64,000 nucleotides of DNA, from assembly GCA_002633005.1 (NCBI GenBank), contig NMRA01000251.1, forward strand, positions 314,307 to 378,306, given 5' to 3'. Shown piece by piece: positions 27,201-39,200 of the stretch. A model generated the notes under the pieces. It was given only the letters and a program-made list of their open reading frames with translations, had not been told where the DNA came from and ran no database searches. The translations under genes and the position numbers were made by a program. Position 1 is the first letter of the stretch. Each line of letters begins with the position of its first letter. This DNA comes from Phoronis australis. Its lineage: Eukaryota; Animalia; Phoronida.

Positions 27201-30200
27201 AGGCACATAGTTTTATGACATAATGAGGTATCCTGTTGGATGCCATAGGTGACCAAACAGCCCAACCACATGGGCTGAATTCAATGGGCTGTTGTGTTTA
27301 CAATAACAAATTTCAACCCTCCAACAGTCATCATCCCAGTCAATTTTTATATGTGCTGGTTTCCTCATGAGGTGCAGAAAATGCATATCCTGTCGGACTT
27401 GTCTTGATGTATTCCATTTAGTGTCAATATACATCTTGCTTTTGTCACATGATGTGGCCAATAGGTGGCGTGCAGACCACACTTAAACTATTTGTGAGCC
27501 ACTTACTAGTGCTATAAAGTAGGTCAAATCTGACTTATTCCTTACAGGATTTCTTGGTTTGAGAGAAACTGTCAGGTCCTTATTTATAAGTTTCTTCAGT
27601 ACGGTCTTTTAGAGTGTTGCCTGTGAGGGCGGGTACAGTAGTTCTTCACTTATTTAGCGCATTGACACTATGGTCAACAAGTGTTTGAAATTCTATTTGA
27701 ATTTGTCTACTACAGTAAAGATTACAGAGAATTTTTTAATTAAAATTTATTAGTTTAATAGAAAATTACATGGTTTCTTGAGTTGGCAATTAAAAACTAA
27801 CTCTGCAAGTTGTGTAGAGTTACATATACTGTCCATGAGATATTTGTTGTCTGTTGTATTGGAAGGCACATGGAGGTGATTATTGAGACATCTTATCTCG
27901 GGGAACAATGACTTTGTGATTGAAATGTGAAGGTGGTGTATCCTTATAGTCGTGACTGATTATCTTGTGGTTTTTCAACAATCTCTCTGTTTATAGGTTT
28001 GTATTTTGTCGAAAATCATTCAACGTTTTTGTTACTGGAGCCAAACGAAACTCTTGGAATTCAACTGGCCTCCAGCGTACAGTTTTCTGTCAAATTGAAG
28101 TGTCGTAACTTAATAGTCTTTAGATCAGTAAATGTCTGCGTTAGGTATGAGGGGTAAAACTAAACATCCCAGTGTGGTATGTGCTTTAGTTTGCTCATTG
28201 AAATTTTATAGAATGATGTGTTGCTATTCCTGGTTGTTGCTGATGACTGTATTTTTCATTAAATTCAGGGCTTCCTATTCAAAACTGGCTGGATTCTTTG
28301 GGAGCTTGGGAGTTTAATATCAGTCAATAAGTGCTGTATAGTGTATTTAGGTACACAAGCCTAGTCAGCCTATTGTAATTTACAGCTTAGAAGGCCTAAA
28401 GAGGTCAGTGGGACTACACAACAAAGGAGCTGCAGTTGCAGTGCAGGAGTTTCCTCTTTCACACTGTTGGTAGTTAACTAATTTTTTTCATTCAAAGACT
28501 GAAAATGCTCAACGTTTAATGATGAATTCAATTTTTCCAGATAGCAGTACCAGAAATGACCGGGTGTACCTTTTATTTTACTGTAGTCATTGCTATCACT
28601 GGCATCCATCTTTTTTCCTTATTCCCCTAACAAAAGAAGCCAATCGTAAAAGTCCTGGACCTATTCAAGTCCCAACTAGTAAAAGCATTCAGTGTTGACC
28701 CCTGGAAAATGAGATGTAGGGCCTCGTGTCAAGGTCAGCTTAGTCGTACAGTAAGTACCTGTATATTCCTTCGTCACGAAGACGCAGACGCCTAATCACA
28801 ATCCTGTTGCCCGAGTCTATCAGGACACGGCCGCGAGTTTTTCGCCGAACGAAGGCAGGATTTATGATCCGCGTCGCGTTCTTCCACTTGATGTACTGCT
28901 CCTCGGAGTACGTCCTGGAGGTGAATTATGGGTAATTACTGATTGCTGGTAGTTACCAGTTTTTGTCTTTAAGCGATGTGCAAGACGGTGTTTGCTTGAA
29001 ATGAGAATTTAGTTAGTTCTACATATCTTAGGAAAACGAGTTGTTTGGATTTTTGTGAGATTTGATGTTTTTGAGATATTTTAATTGCGTCATGGCAGTT
29101 TGTGATATTCTGGACATTAGATTTTGTGAAAAGCATATTATCATGTGACAATGGTTACAATTTTTCACTCGCAGAGGCATGGAAATTCGATAAAAAATCC
29201 TAATTTTGGACACGGTATGTTTGCAGTGAGTTGCCAGTTAAACACCAGTGTTGTATTAGTAAGTATGGCCAAGGTGCAGTCTCTTTTAGCTTATGTAGGA
29301 CCTCGAGTACAACTTGCCCAACCTGTAACAAGATATCCACCTTACTATCTAGGCAGGGTAACTTGTTCTAGGGCAACTTGCACCACTTCTAATCACTGTG
29401 GCCACAGACCTGGGGCAAGGCAGTAGTAACTATCATCCGTGGTTGCATACAAACGGGTCTTTTTTGCATGTCATATTTGCATCAGTTGTTCATTGTCTGT
29501 GCACAGAACAACAACTTCTCCCTTGCTCTAGTTATCGGATATGTGTGAGAATGTGTACGCTCCACTTAAAGTGGGGCAACTTGTGCTAGTGCAAGTTTTT
29601 CTAGTAAAAGTCTCTGCAGTTATGATAGACATTATATTGTTAGTTTAGATGACATAGTTCCAGACAAGTTCCTGACATTTTAGAACATTACTTGGAACAT
29701 TGGTCTTGGCCCAGGCCTTTGATTCACATATTACGTGGCGAAAACCCTGTTGAACACACAAGTGTTTTAGCCAGGCAAATGAGCTGTCCACAAAAGGGCT
29801 AATAGTTAGTTTGTTTCCTTGCCACACAGGTCACGTTAAAGTGAAATTTTATGTCAAAGCATGTCCACTCCATAATAAATTGATTAATATGACAATATAC
29901 ATGAGGCCTATTACCCCTGTGCCCGAGTGTCCTTTGAAGTAAGCTGTCTAATGCTGCAAAAGTACCTGACTTTGTAAATTCTCCTCAACAGACATTCCAA
30001 ACTCGTGGTAATCTTTCGTCGATTAGTAGTATCCTTACCGGAACTGCTGTATTGAATACATTTATCTATGTTTCAAATGTGTGCACTATGCCCACCTGAA
30101 TGCCATCAGTATTGAAGTAACTCAAACTTCTTGCAAAGGGCTAGCAAAAGTGACGTTTTTGTAACTGTTCACATGACTAGCATTTTTGCTAAGTGGTGAC

Positions 30201-33200
30201 ACTGCTAGCGAGAACGTTAACGTTTTAGCTAGTTTGTGAATGGGGTATCAAGCTTCCCCAAAATAGGATTGTATTTATTCAAACTCACTCAGGACATTGG
30301 ATGGTCGCCCGCTTTCCTTTAAATCCATACTGAATCTTCCTTTTAACTAGCTGTGGCATCTTGGGCTTGGGCTGGTTGATTGAGTAATGGCCAGCTTGGA
30401 CAGTCTCTATCACGCGCCCGTATCTGTCTTTAGAAATGGTTGTCTTTAAAATTGAACCATCATTATGTGCTCTGTACAAAGCTCTCAATATGGTTAATTT
30501 GATATCCTCTAATTCTTTACAATTTTTGGATTTCACATGGAATATGGTAATCATTCAGATATTTTGCAGAAAAAATAATTGTTGATAAAAACGATGGATT
30601 TAAATCTGCTTGACATGTTTCAAATGGCGTTTATTTAAACACCATCCTCAGACAGAGACAAAACCAGAGGTGACCTTGATAGGCCTAACAAAAGGTAATG
30701 ATATGCAGACACAGCCAGTTACAGGGGAGTAACAATACGTAGACTAGACTAACAATGACAACCTGTGGTGTGCCAGTTGCCTGTTGAGACTGGGCTCACA
30801 CCATATATGAAGAGCCTTACAAATTTTCTGCTCCCTTGTTGTTTCTGCTTGGTCTATTATAGCAATGTCATTGAATTTCAAAGAGCATTCCTCATAACAA
30901 TGATTGGAGCTCTGTAGATGAGTAATATGTGAATTTCAGTCAAAAATAATAGCCAAAAGTGTTATGTTTCAATTTTTAAGGGCTGTTTACAACATCTACA
31001 CAGTGCATTCACGTTAAGAGCTGACTAAACTTTTCTTGATCTATATCTTCCCTGAATTGTGCAAGAACAATTTTTACATTATGAAGCTGCTTAGAGAATT
31101 CTAGTGAGGAGATGTTGGAATTGACATGTACCTGTCACGTTGGTGTAGGCCGGTGTCGTGGGGCACGGGATGAAACACAGCCCAATCGCAGTTTCACTCT
31201 TCCTGTTTCGAATGACTGGTAGATCGCCTATGAAATCTGGTACGGTCGTCGACCGGCATGGAACACCGTTGGTGAAAGTACTCAGTCTAGGCATATCTCT
31301 GGGATGTACTGGCTCGCTGTTGTTGATTTTCTTTTTGTCATAAAGGGACAATGGTTTTAATTAGGAGTTTGTTGTGCCAAGAAATTCTTTCAAGATAGCC
31401 TTAGTTATCTCTTTGGCCTATAGGGGGCATGTGCTAAACTATTATTTTGATGCAATAGTTTATGTCGCTTCGCAAATCAATTGAATATTGTGTCTGCTAT
31501 CTGGTTCAACACAAAAATGATAATATTTCATGAAAACTAATTAAATGTAACTTCTTTAAACCTTTATGCTACATATTTCACTCTCCTAAAGCCCATCTCT
31601 TGTTTGCTGTAGAGATGCCCTTCAATTGCCCATCTTTCTTTGTTGTACATTTGCCACTCATCCACTCTTACGGGGCACGTCACCTTAATTATACAGATGT
31701 CCTCTGTCATTCTCTAGTTTTTTTTACCTAAGTGATCGAACCAAAAGGTTCAAAAAGCCTTCTGAGTCTAGATAGATTTGGTATAAGACACGTCATTCAA
31801 ATTTTGACGGGCAACTGCAACCTAGCCCGACACAGACACATTACTGGGCATATGGGGAGCCCTGTGTGTCCTGAGTGTGGTACTGACGTAGAATCTCCTG
31901 AACACCTAGAGTCTTGCCCAGCTTTTTATAGGCTAAGGAGCAACCTACTGGATGGCACTGTCACATGCCTACAACATATAGTGCATGGCAACAAATGGAA
32001 ACGTCTGTCGGTTTTCCTAAAGGAGACTGGCAGACTTGAAAACTTTATTCATGAGGAGCCATAATTAGGCTCTCGTGCTTTTGCTTAGGTGTTTTGTGCA
32101 ATGGGCCCAACCATGAGGCCTGCGCTTGTCTGATGCACTGCAAATGACATCAGACCACCTGCACTTTTAAGTGGTCTCCAGGTGACGAGACTGTCTCGTT
32201 TACGAGTCCACTCACCTAATACTGTCAAGCAACATAACACGAAAATCAACGACATTTCGTGAGCACATTCAAAATAGTTGGGCAAAAGGATTATTTACAA
32301 GAAATTAATTGGTTTTGATGCCCGACATTACAAGATATTGTCATGTTTATTTTGTCTGAAAAGACCGCATCTGGTCACATGTGGAGATAACCTGAACTGG
32401 TCTAAGCACTAGTATAAGCTAATTCTTAAGTTAATCCATTTTACTTTGTACAAGTGTCCAGACTCCAACAGTCCATCGTCTTCTCATAATACAAGTGCCC
32501 CCACTCCTATCAAAGGTATATTCCGTCTTACCTCTATTGTACAGTTGTCTTCTGTTCTTCTCTAAGACTAGTGTATACCTGTATTGTACTGATCGCCACT
32601 CGCCATGCATCACATCTTTCCATTACTGTTAACAGTACACGTGCCCAGTCTTGTTTAATCCATCCTCCACAGATGCCCTCATTAAATCTCACCTTACCTA
32701 GTCTCCTTCTCAAGCCCATCTCAACTGTTATGTTCTGATCTCCTCTCCCCTTCCACACTCCATCTTATCTTTATCACGTAGAAGAGCTCTCTGGTTCTCT
32801 AAGTCTCTTACCTTTACTGTACAGATGCCTATTCTCCGTCTATAGCCCATCTTGTTGCACTGATTACAAGCTGTCCATAGTGTCCAAGCTGTGGTCAGCA
32901 TCAGGTTCATGTCGGGCAGCAGTGTGTCATTTTGAGGCCGGCGGAACTTTCCAGATGTTCTTACCTATNACCATGAGGCCAGTGCTTGTCTGATGCACTG
33001 CAAATGACATCAGACCACCTGCACTTTTAAGTGGTATCCAGGTGACGAGACTGTCTCGTCCACGAGTCCACTCACCTAGTACTGTCAAGCAACATATCAC
33101 GAAAATTGACGACATTTCGTGAGCACATTCAAAATAGTTGGGCAAAAGGATTATTTACAAGAAATTAATTGGTTTTGATGCCCGATATTACAAGATATTG

Positions 33201-36200
33201 TCATGTTTATTTCGTCTGAAAAGACCACATCTGGTCACATGTGGAGATAACCTGAACTGGTCTAAACGCTAGTATAAGCTAATTCTTAAATTAATCCATT
33301 TTACTTTGTACAAGTGTCCAGACTCCAACAGTCCATCTTCTTCTCATAATACAAGTGCCCCCACTCCTATCAAAGGTATATTCCATCTTACCTCTATTGT
33401 ACAGTTGTCTTCTGTTCTTCTCTAAGACTAGTGTATACCTGTATTGTACTGATCGCCACTCGCCATGCATCACATCTTTCCATTACTGTTAACAGTACCC
33501 GTGCCCAGTCTTCTTTAATCCATCCTCCACAGATGCCCTCATTAAATCTCACCTTACCTAGTCTCCTTCTCAAGCCCATCTCAACTGTTATGTTCTGATC
33601 TCCTCTCCCCTTCCACACTCCATCTTATCTTTATCACGTAGAAGAGCTCTCTGGTTCTCTAAGTCTCTTACCTTTACTGTACAGATGCCTATTCTCCGTC
33701 TATAGCCCATCTTGTTGCACTGATTACAAGCTGTCCATAGTGTCCAAGCTGTGGTCAGCATCAGGTTCATGTCGGGCAGCAGTGTGTCATTTTGAGGCCG
33801 GCGGAACTTTCCAGATGTTCTTACCTATTGGAGATTTTACGTCTTAGAATGTCTCAGTAATCATTCTCGGTTTCTAAAATTTAGTTTAGGTATTGTTTCT
33901 TTATTCTAACACCATATACTTTGTGTGTATTTGCTTTTTTTTGACAACAGTTATAGGTTGGTTTTTAGTCTCCCCTCTTTCAGCAGCAAAAGGCTTATCT
34001 GGCAACCACAAAGTCTTGAGCTCTGTTGTTCCTTTCAGCTTTCTGTCCAAGAGACACCTCTAACATGGCAAAGTGTCCTCAAATTAGAACACAGTATCTC
34101 GCCAGAACAGTAAAATTTTATTTTATCAAAATATCAACAAGAGTAAACAAGAAGACAATTTTACTTCAAACATTATATAAAATTTTTATAGAGTATGACT
34201 GGCATCAGAAAACTCCTGGTGAAATTTTGAATTTTTTGGCAATGAAGTGAGCGTTGAAAAATGAAAAAAAGTGACAATTTATTGTGTGACACTATTTTTG
34301 TTCAAATTTTAGGAAATTTTACCGTACTTCGTTTTCAAATTCAGGTTTTAATGCATGAATGCATCACTTGCATAGTACATAATTATGTACATACAAACAC
34401 ACACGCATACATACACACACATATAGATACCATAATGCGATCTTCATCTGTTGCAACATCCAGCTGCCATGTGTTAAAGTAGGTATCTCCCTTTAGATGG
34501 CAAGAATACTCCCCTGCATCTGCAATCATCACATCATTAATGGTCAGACTCTTGGTCCTGCCTAGCACAAATCTTCGGTCCTCAAAAGGCACCAGGCCTT
34601 CAGAGACCTCAGACAGGAGTTCTCGGTACCAGTAGATGTCGTACTTTTCATAACCAACGTCAGGCCGGATGCTAGAAGCAGTATAATGGAGTGTTTTTAC
34701 TATAAAATTATAGCTTTCTAAGTAAAATAGACAAACTTCAACAGAACTTTGCAAGACCCTGTCAAACTAAACAAACTTTGTGCATGAATTATTTGTTGGT
34801 TTAAGTTAAACTTTCGTCACAATAAAACTATGTTTATGTTGAACTTCTGGGGGCGTTTAAAGTGCCTTAAACCACGGACTTTACTTTGGTTTGACAAATG
34901 ACTACTTTGTCAGCATCATTAAACCTTCCTAATTGTAGCACTGGATATCATTATTGTTAATTCAATGATTAAAGCAACAATCAACCAAAAACTGGTACCC
35001 CTATCTCACAAATTGATTTTTCCTACAGTTGCTGACAATTGTCTAGAAGACAGTGTAGATCATGCTTGTCTGCTGAGCAGATTTTGAAAGGAGGTTTCAA
35101 ATTTTTTGCTCCAAACTTTTGAGGGTTATAGAGCATTGTTTTGTTCCTGAGAACTGGATGGGAATGTTGTTTTTAGTATCTGTTATAGGCCAAAGCTGGG
35201 TTTGGTATCATTTTAACATATTGTCAGATAGTGTTTGCCGGTGTTCTAAATTTGATACCTGATCTACTGGTGGGGTTATTTTATGGTCTTCGATATGAAA
35301 TAGCGGATTTGCAGCGACGCCATATTGAAATTAGGTTAAAATGGTGCATTGTGGGTGCTGTGGTCAGGATTCCGAAAGCGGCCATAGTAACAAGCATAAT
35401 ACGCGGTATGAGCGCGAAGAAAACTTACGGCGGATACACTTGTGTTCCTGGCTGCTTCAAAAACAACAAGACAAATAAAAATCTGAGTTTTTATGTGTTC
35501 CCTGCAAACCAAGAACTTCGTGAAAAATGGATAANGGCACCAGGCCTTCAGAGACCTCAGACAGGAGTTCTCGGTACCAGTAGATGTCGTACTTTTCATA
35601 GCCAACGTCAGGCCGGATGCTAGAAGCAGTATAATGGAGTGTTTTTACTATAAAATTATAGCTTTCTAAGTAAAATAGACAAACTTCAACAGAACTTTGC
35701 AAGGCCCTGTCAAACTAAACAAACTTTGTGCATGAATTATTAGTTGGTTTAAGTTAAACTTTCGTCACAATAAAACTATGTTTATGTTGAACTTCTGTGG
35801 GCATTTAAAGTGCCTTAAACCACGGACTTTACTTTGGTTTGACAAATGACTACTTTGTCAGCATCATTAAACCTTCCTAATTGTAGCACTGGATATCATT
35901 ATCGTTAATTCAATGATTAAAGCAACAATCAACCAAAAATGGTACCCCTATCTCACAAATTGATTTTTCCTACAGTTGCTGACAATTGTCTAGGAGACAG
36001 TGTAGATCATGCTTGCCTGCTGAGCAGATTTTGAAAGGAGGTTTCAAATTTTTTGCTCCAAACTTTTGAGGGTTATAGAGCATTGTTTTGTTCCTGAGAA
36101 CTGGATGGGAGTGTTGTTTTTAGTATCTGTTATAGGTCAAAGCTGGGTTTGGTATCATTTTAACATATCATCAGATAGTGTTTGCCGGTGTTCTAAATTT

Positions 36201-39200
36201 GATACCTGATCTACTGGTGGGGTTATTTTATGGTCTTCGATATGAAATTGGTGATTTTAAGCACTTACACATGACACTAATACCTTTGGCCACAAATTTA
36301 ATAGGTTTGCTCAATAAGTTGCCACAATTTTGACAACGTGTTTGGAGTGACACCTGTCGACGGTATCATTTAATTTGGTTAAAATACTCAGCTTCTTAGC
36401 TTTCAACCTTCTCCTGCAAATGTTGAGGTCTTGAATTTGAATATGTCGTAGGGATGCCTGACCTCATTCTCAAATGGACGTCACTGTCACTTAAATAGTC
36501 CAGAGAGTACTTCAAGTCTGTCTGGTGCTTGTCCACTCACCAGAAACCACATTCAAGAGTAGCTGATTGGCCAACTTGTACTAGTCTTGCCTCACGCCAG
36601 TTGTTGTCCCGTCGCAGTTTCTCGTTGAATGTATCCAGGCACTTGTAGTAGTTTTTGAAAGCTTCAGCTGCGGCCGCCTGCTCTATCTTGGAGTATCCGT
36701 TGCCCTCTTCCTTCTTCTGGTTCGTCCTTTCTGGTGATATTAAGATAATGCACAACATTAGGTGGAAATAAACCATAGTTTTCCCTAATGCTTAGCGGTC
36801 AGACTTTTTGATCAACAGTGTATGGGAGGAAATGATTAAATCAATTGTAGGTTTGTTAATCCTGTAATTGCGTGTGAATCTGCACTAGATCAAAGCAACA
36901 AAAAATAACTACATATTTTTTGTTCAAGTCAAAAGTCACTACAGTGTTATTGCAAATTCATGACAGCAAGTCGTTCACACATTGTTGATGTCCATTTTAA
37001 TTCTAGTGTAATAGGAGTGTGCAAATGGTGACTGATCGGTGACTATACCAGAACTGTGGGATGGGAAATTTTTACAGTGCTAGCATGGTATTCTGTTTGG
37101 ATTTCAATATTTTAGCTCTGTTATGATGTCTTGTTTCAAAATCTGCTTTTTTGTAAGTATTCTTGTTCACAGTGTTGTGACATGTGAGTTTCGATCACAT
37201 TTTTAGCTCCTTTTGTGCAGACAATTCGGATCCACAAATTCCGTGCATATTTATGACTGGCAGTTTTGATTGCAGGATGTTACACCTGTGGGCGAGGACT
37301 TCCCTGGCAACAAGGAATTAGATGTTATAAGTCAGGAAATAGAAGAAATTAAAAGGTGAGCGTTGCTAAAGATGTGTCAATTCATTACTTATTTTGCACA
37401 AAAATAATTTATAGTGTCATTTTTCCATTTTCAACTAAGGCTGATCACTTTGCAACATCTATGACCAACAAACTATGGGTAGACTAAAATTTTCTTAATC
37501 TTTATTTTTGTGGGGAAATTTGACAAAATAGAAGTCGGCCATATTGTGTACTAAATAAAATGAAGAATTAACTGTACTTAGAAGGAAATATTGACCTTGA
37601 CCTTGTTGCTATATACTTGGTAAACAGTTAGCAATAATTGTTAAAGTTATGTTTTTATACTCTGAAGCTTTATTCAGTGTTGTTTTGATGTTAGCCATTA
37701 AGTCCTAGAGGAAACACCTTATTCAGTATGAAACATCAAGCATTAACATTGAACTTGTCTAGACTTGAATTTTAATGTTCATTCTTTTAATAGGTTACCA
37801 GTTTCTTTTTCCTAAAGCCTGTGTTGAAGTTAAGATCAATGTTAAAATAAAATTCAGGGAGGCGTTCTGCAGTAAGTCTCATTTATTATTATCAATTATT
37901 GTGTCACATTTTGTAGTAAAATCGCGTTTATTGTCGGAATGTTTCGAATTCTTCAGGGAGAAAATTTCACTGGAGAAGGAGCGAGTTCAGAAAGAGGCTG
38001 ATGTAAAGATTCGCAATGGGGAAGTGGCCGCCCTGCAGAAGGAGTTGGACGCCATTAACTCTACAATACAGCAGCTTGAGAACCAAAAGGGCGAGGCTCA
38101 GAAACGGCTCGACGAGCTGGATGACAAGGTAACAGGATACGCAAGGAGGCGTATGCCTTATCTCAAATTGGGAGCTGCTCAGCTGATACCACCGATTGAG
38201 TTGTGTCGTGATCATAAGATTTTTGTAATGGATCAGTAGTTGCGGTTAGCGAGTTTTGACTCATTGCTGATATCTGTCTGACTATGGGCTGACGTGACCT
38301 TTTTTGTGTCAGATCTCAGCAGAATTCACTGTCATGACATCAGATCTCAACAGAATTCAACGTTGTAAGTGGAACGACAAGTAATGATGGGCAGGTGGAA
38401 TTTTATCCAATTATTTTTGACGGTTACTTTTGAAAAAGGCACCAAAAAGGCATAAGTGTTTACAGGGTTGTATATTTTGATGATGGAACCCAGTTGCTAT
38501 CGTGGCGAGGAATATGTTACAATCAGTGCAGTGCCACTAATTTGTCTTTCATGATTTTAGTTTTTTGATAATTAAATAATTTTTTAGTGCCATGGCATGG
38601 CTTAAATTCACTTGATTGCTTCAGTGTTTTTTTTTTCAAAGTTCTTGATAGATTTGCATCCTACTTTGATATGGTTGACATCTGGGGTCTGTTTTATGGA
38701 AGGCAATAGTACGCCTGGCCATAGCTGTATAATGCCTATAATGGTCGTAGGCATATGGTCATGAGCATGGTGCTGTGTATTTTCAATCAAATGCTGCAAA
38801 TTGCAAGTAGCATTCTTGACTCCTATCACGGCAGTCTCTATACACACATCGAACCTGTTTCAATTGATGAAATGTTTGCTTGTACTGAAAAATAAGTTGG
38901 AGATGTTCGCTGTGACTGAGCGCACAATCTTTGGTAAAACGGGCCCCTGATATTGCGATGGCTTGTAGCTGTTGTAGGTTTAGTTTGTGTAGAGCAGGAG
39001 AGTGTTACATAGACCTTGCTTCTAGTGAAAAAAGGAAGGTCTCGCATGACCGCACAAAAGCACGCCAGTGAAAAGCGAGTGTTTCACGAGTCAGTATGCT
39101 TGGGCGCTTACAAGGCTCTCCTAACAAAATGGCTGCCAGTGAAATATTTGGCCAGCGAGGCTGAAGGATTAGTGGGATTGAATTCACTCTTACTGATCCG

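Noticed and set aside
25909-28914. Dscam-like mutually exclusive Ig exons
   Set aside because: Flanking intron sequence is as conserved as the exon, and the duplication spans an N junction; allelic explanation is simpler
32110-33828. 860-bp tandem duplication containing two copies of FAM187A-like exon 3
   Set aside because: Single N at 32969 at the junction; near-identical; treated as an assembly artefact rather than exon duplication
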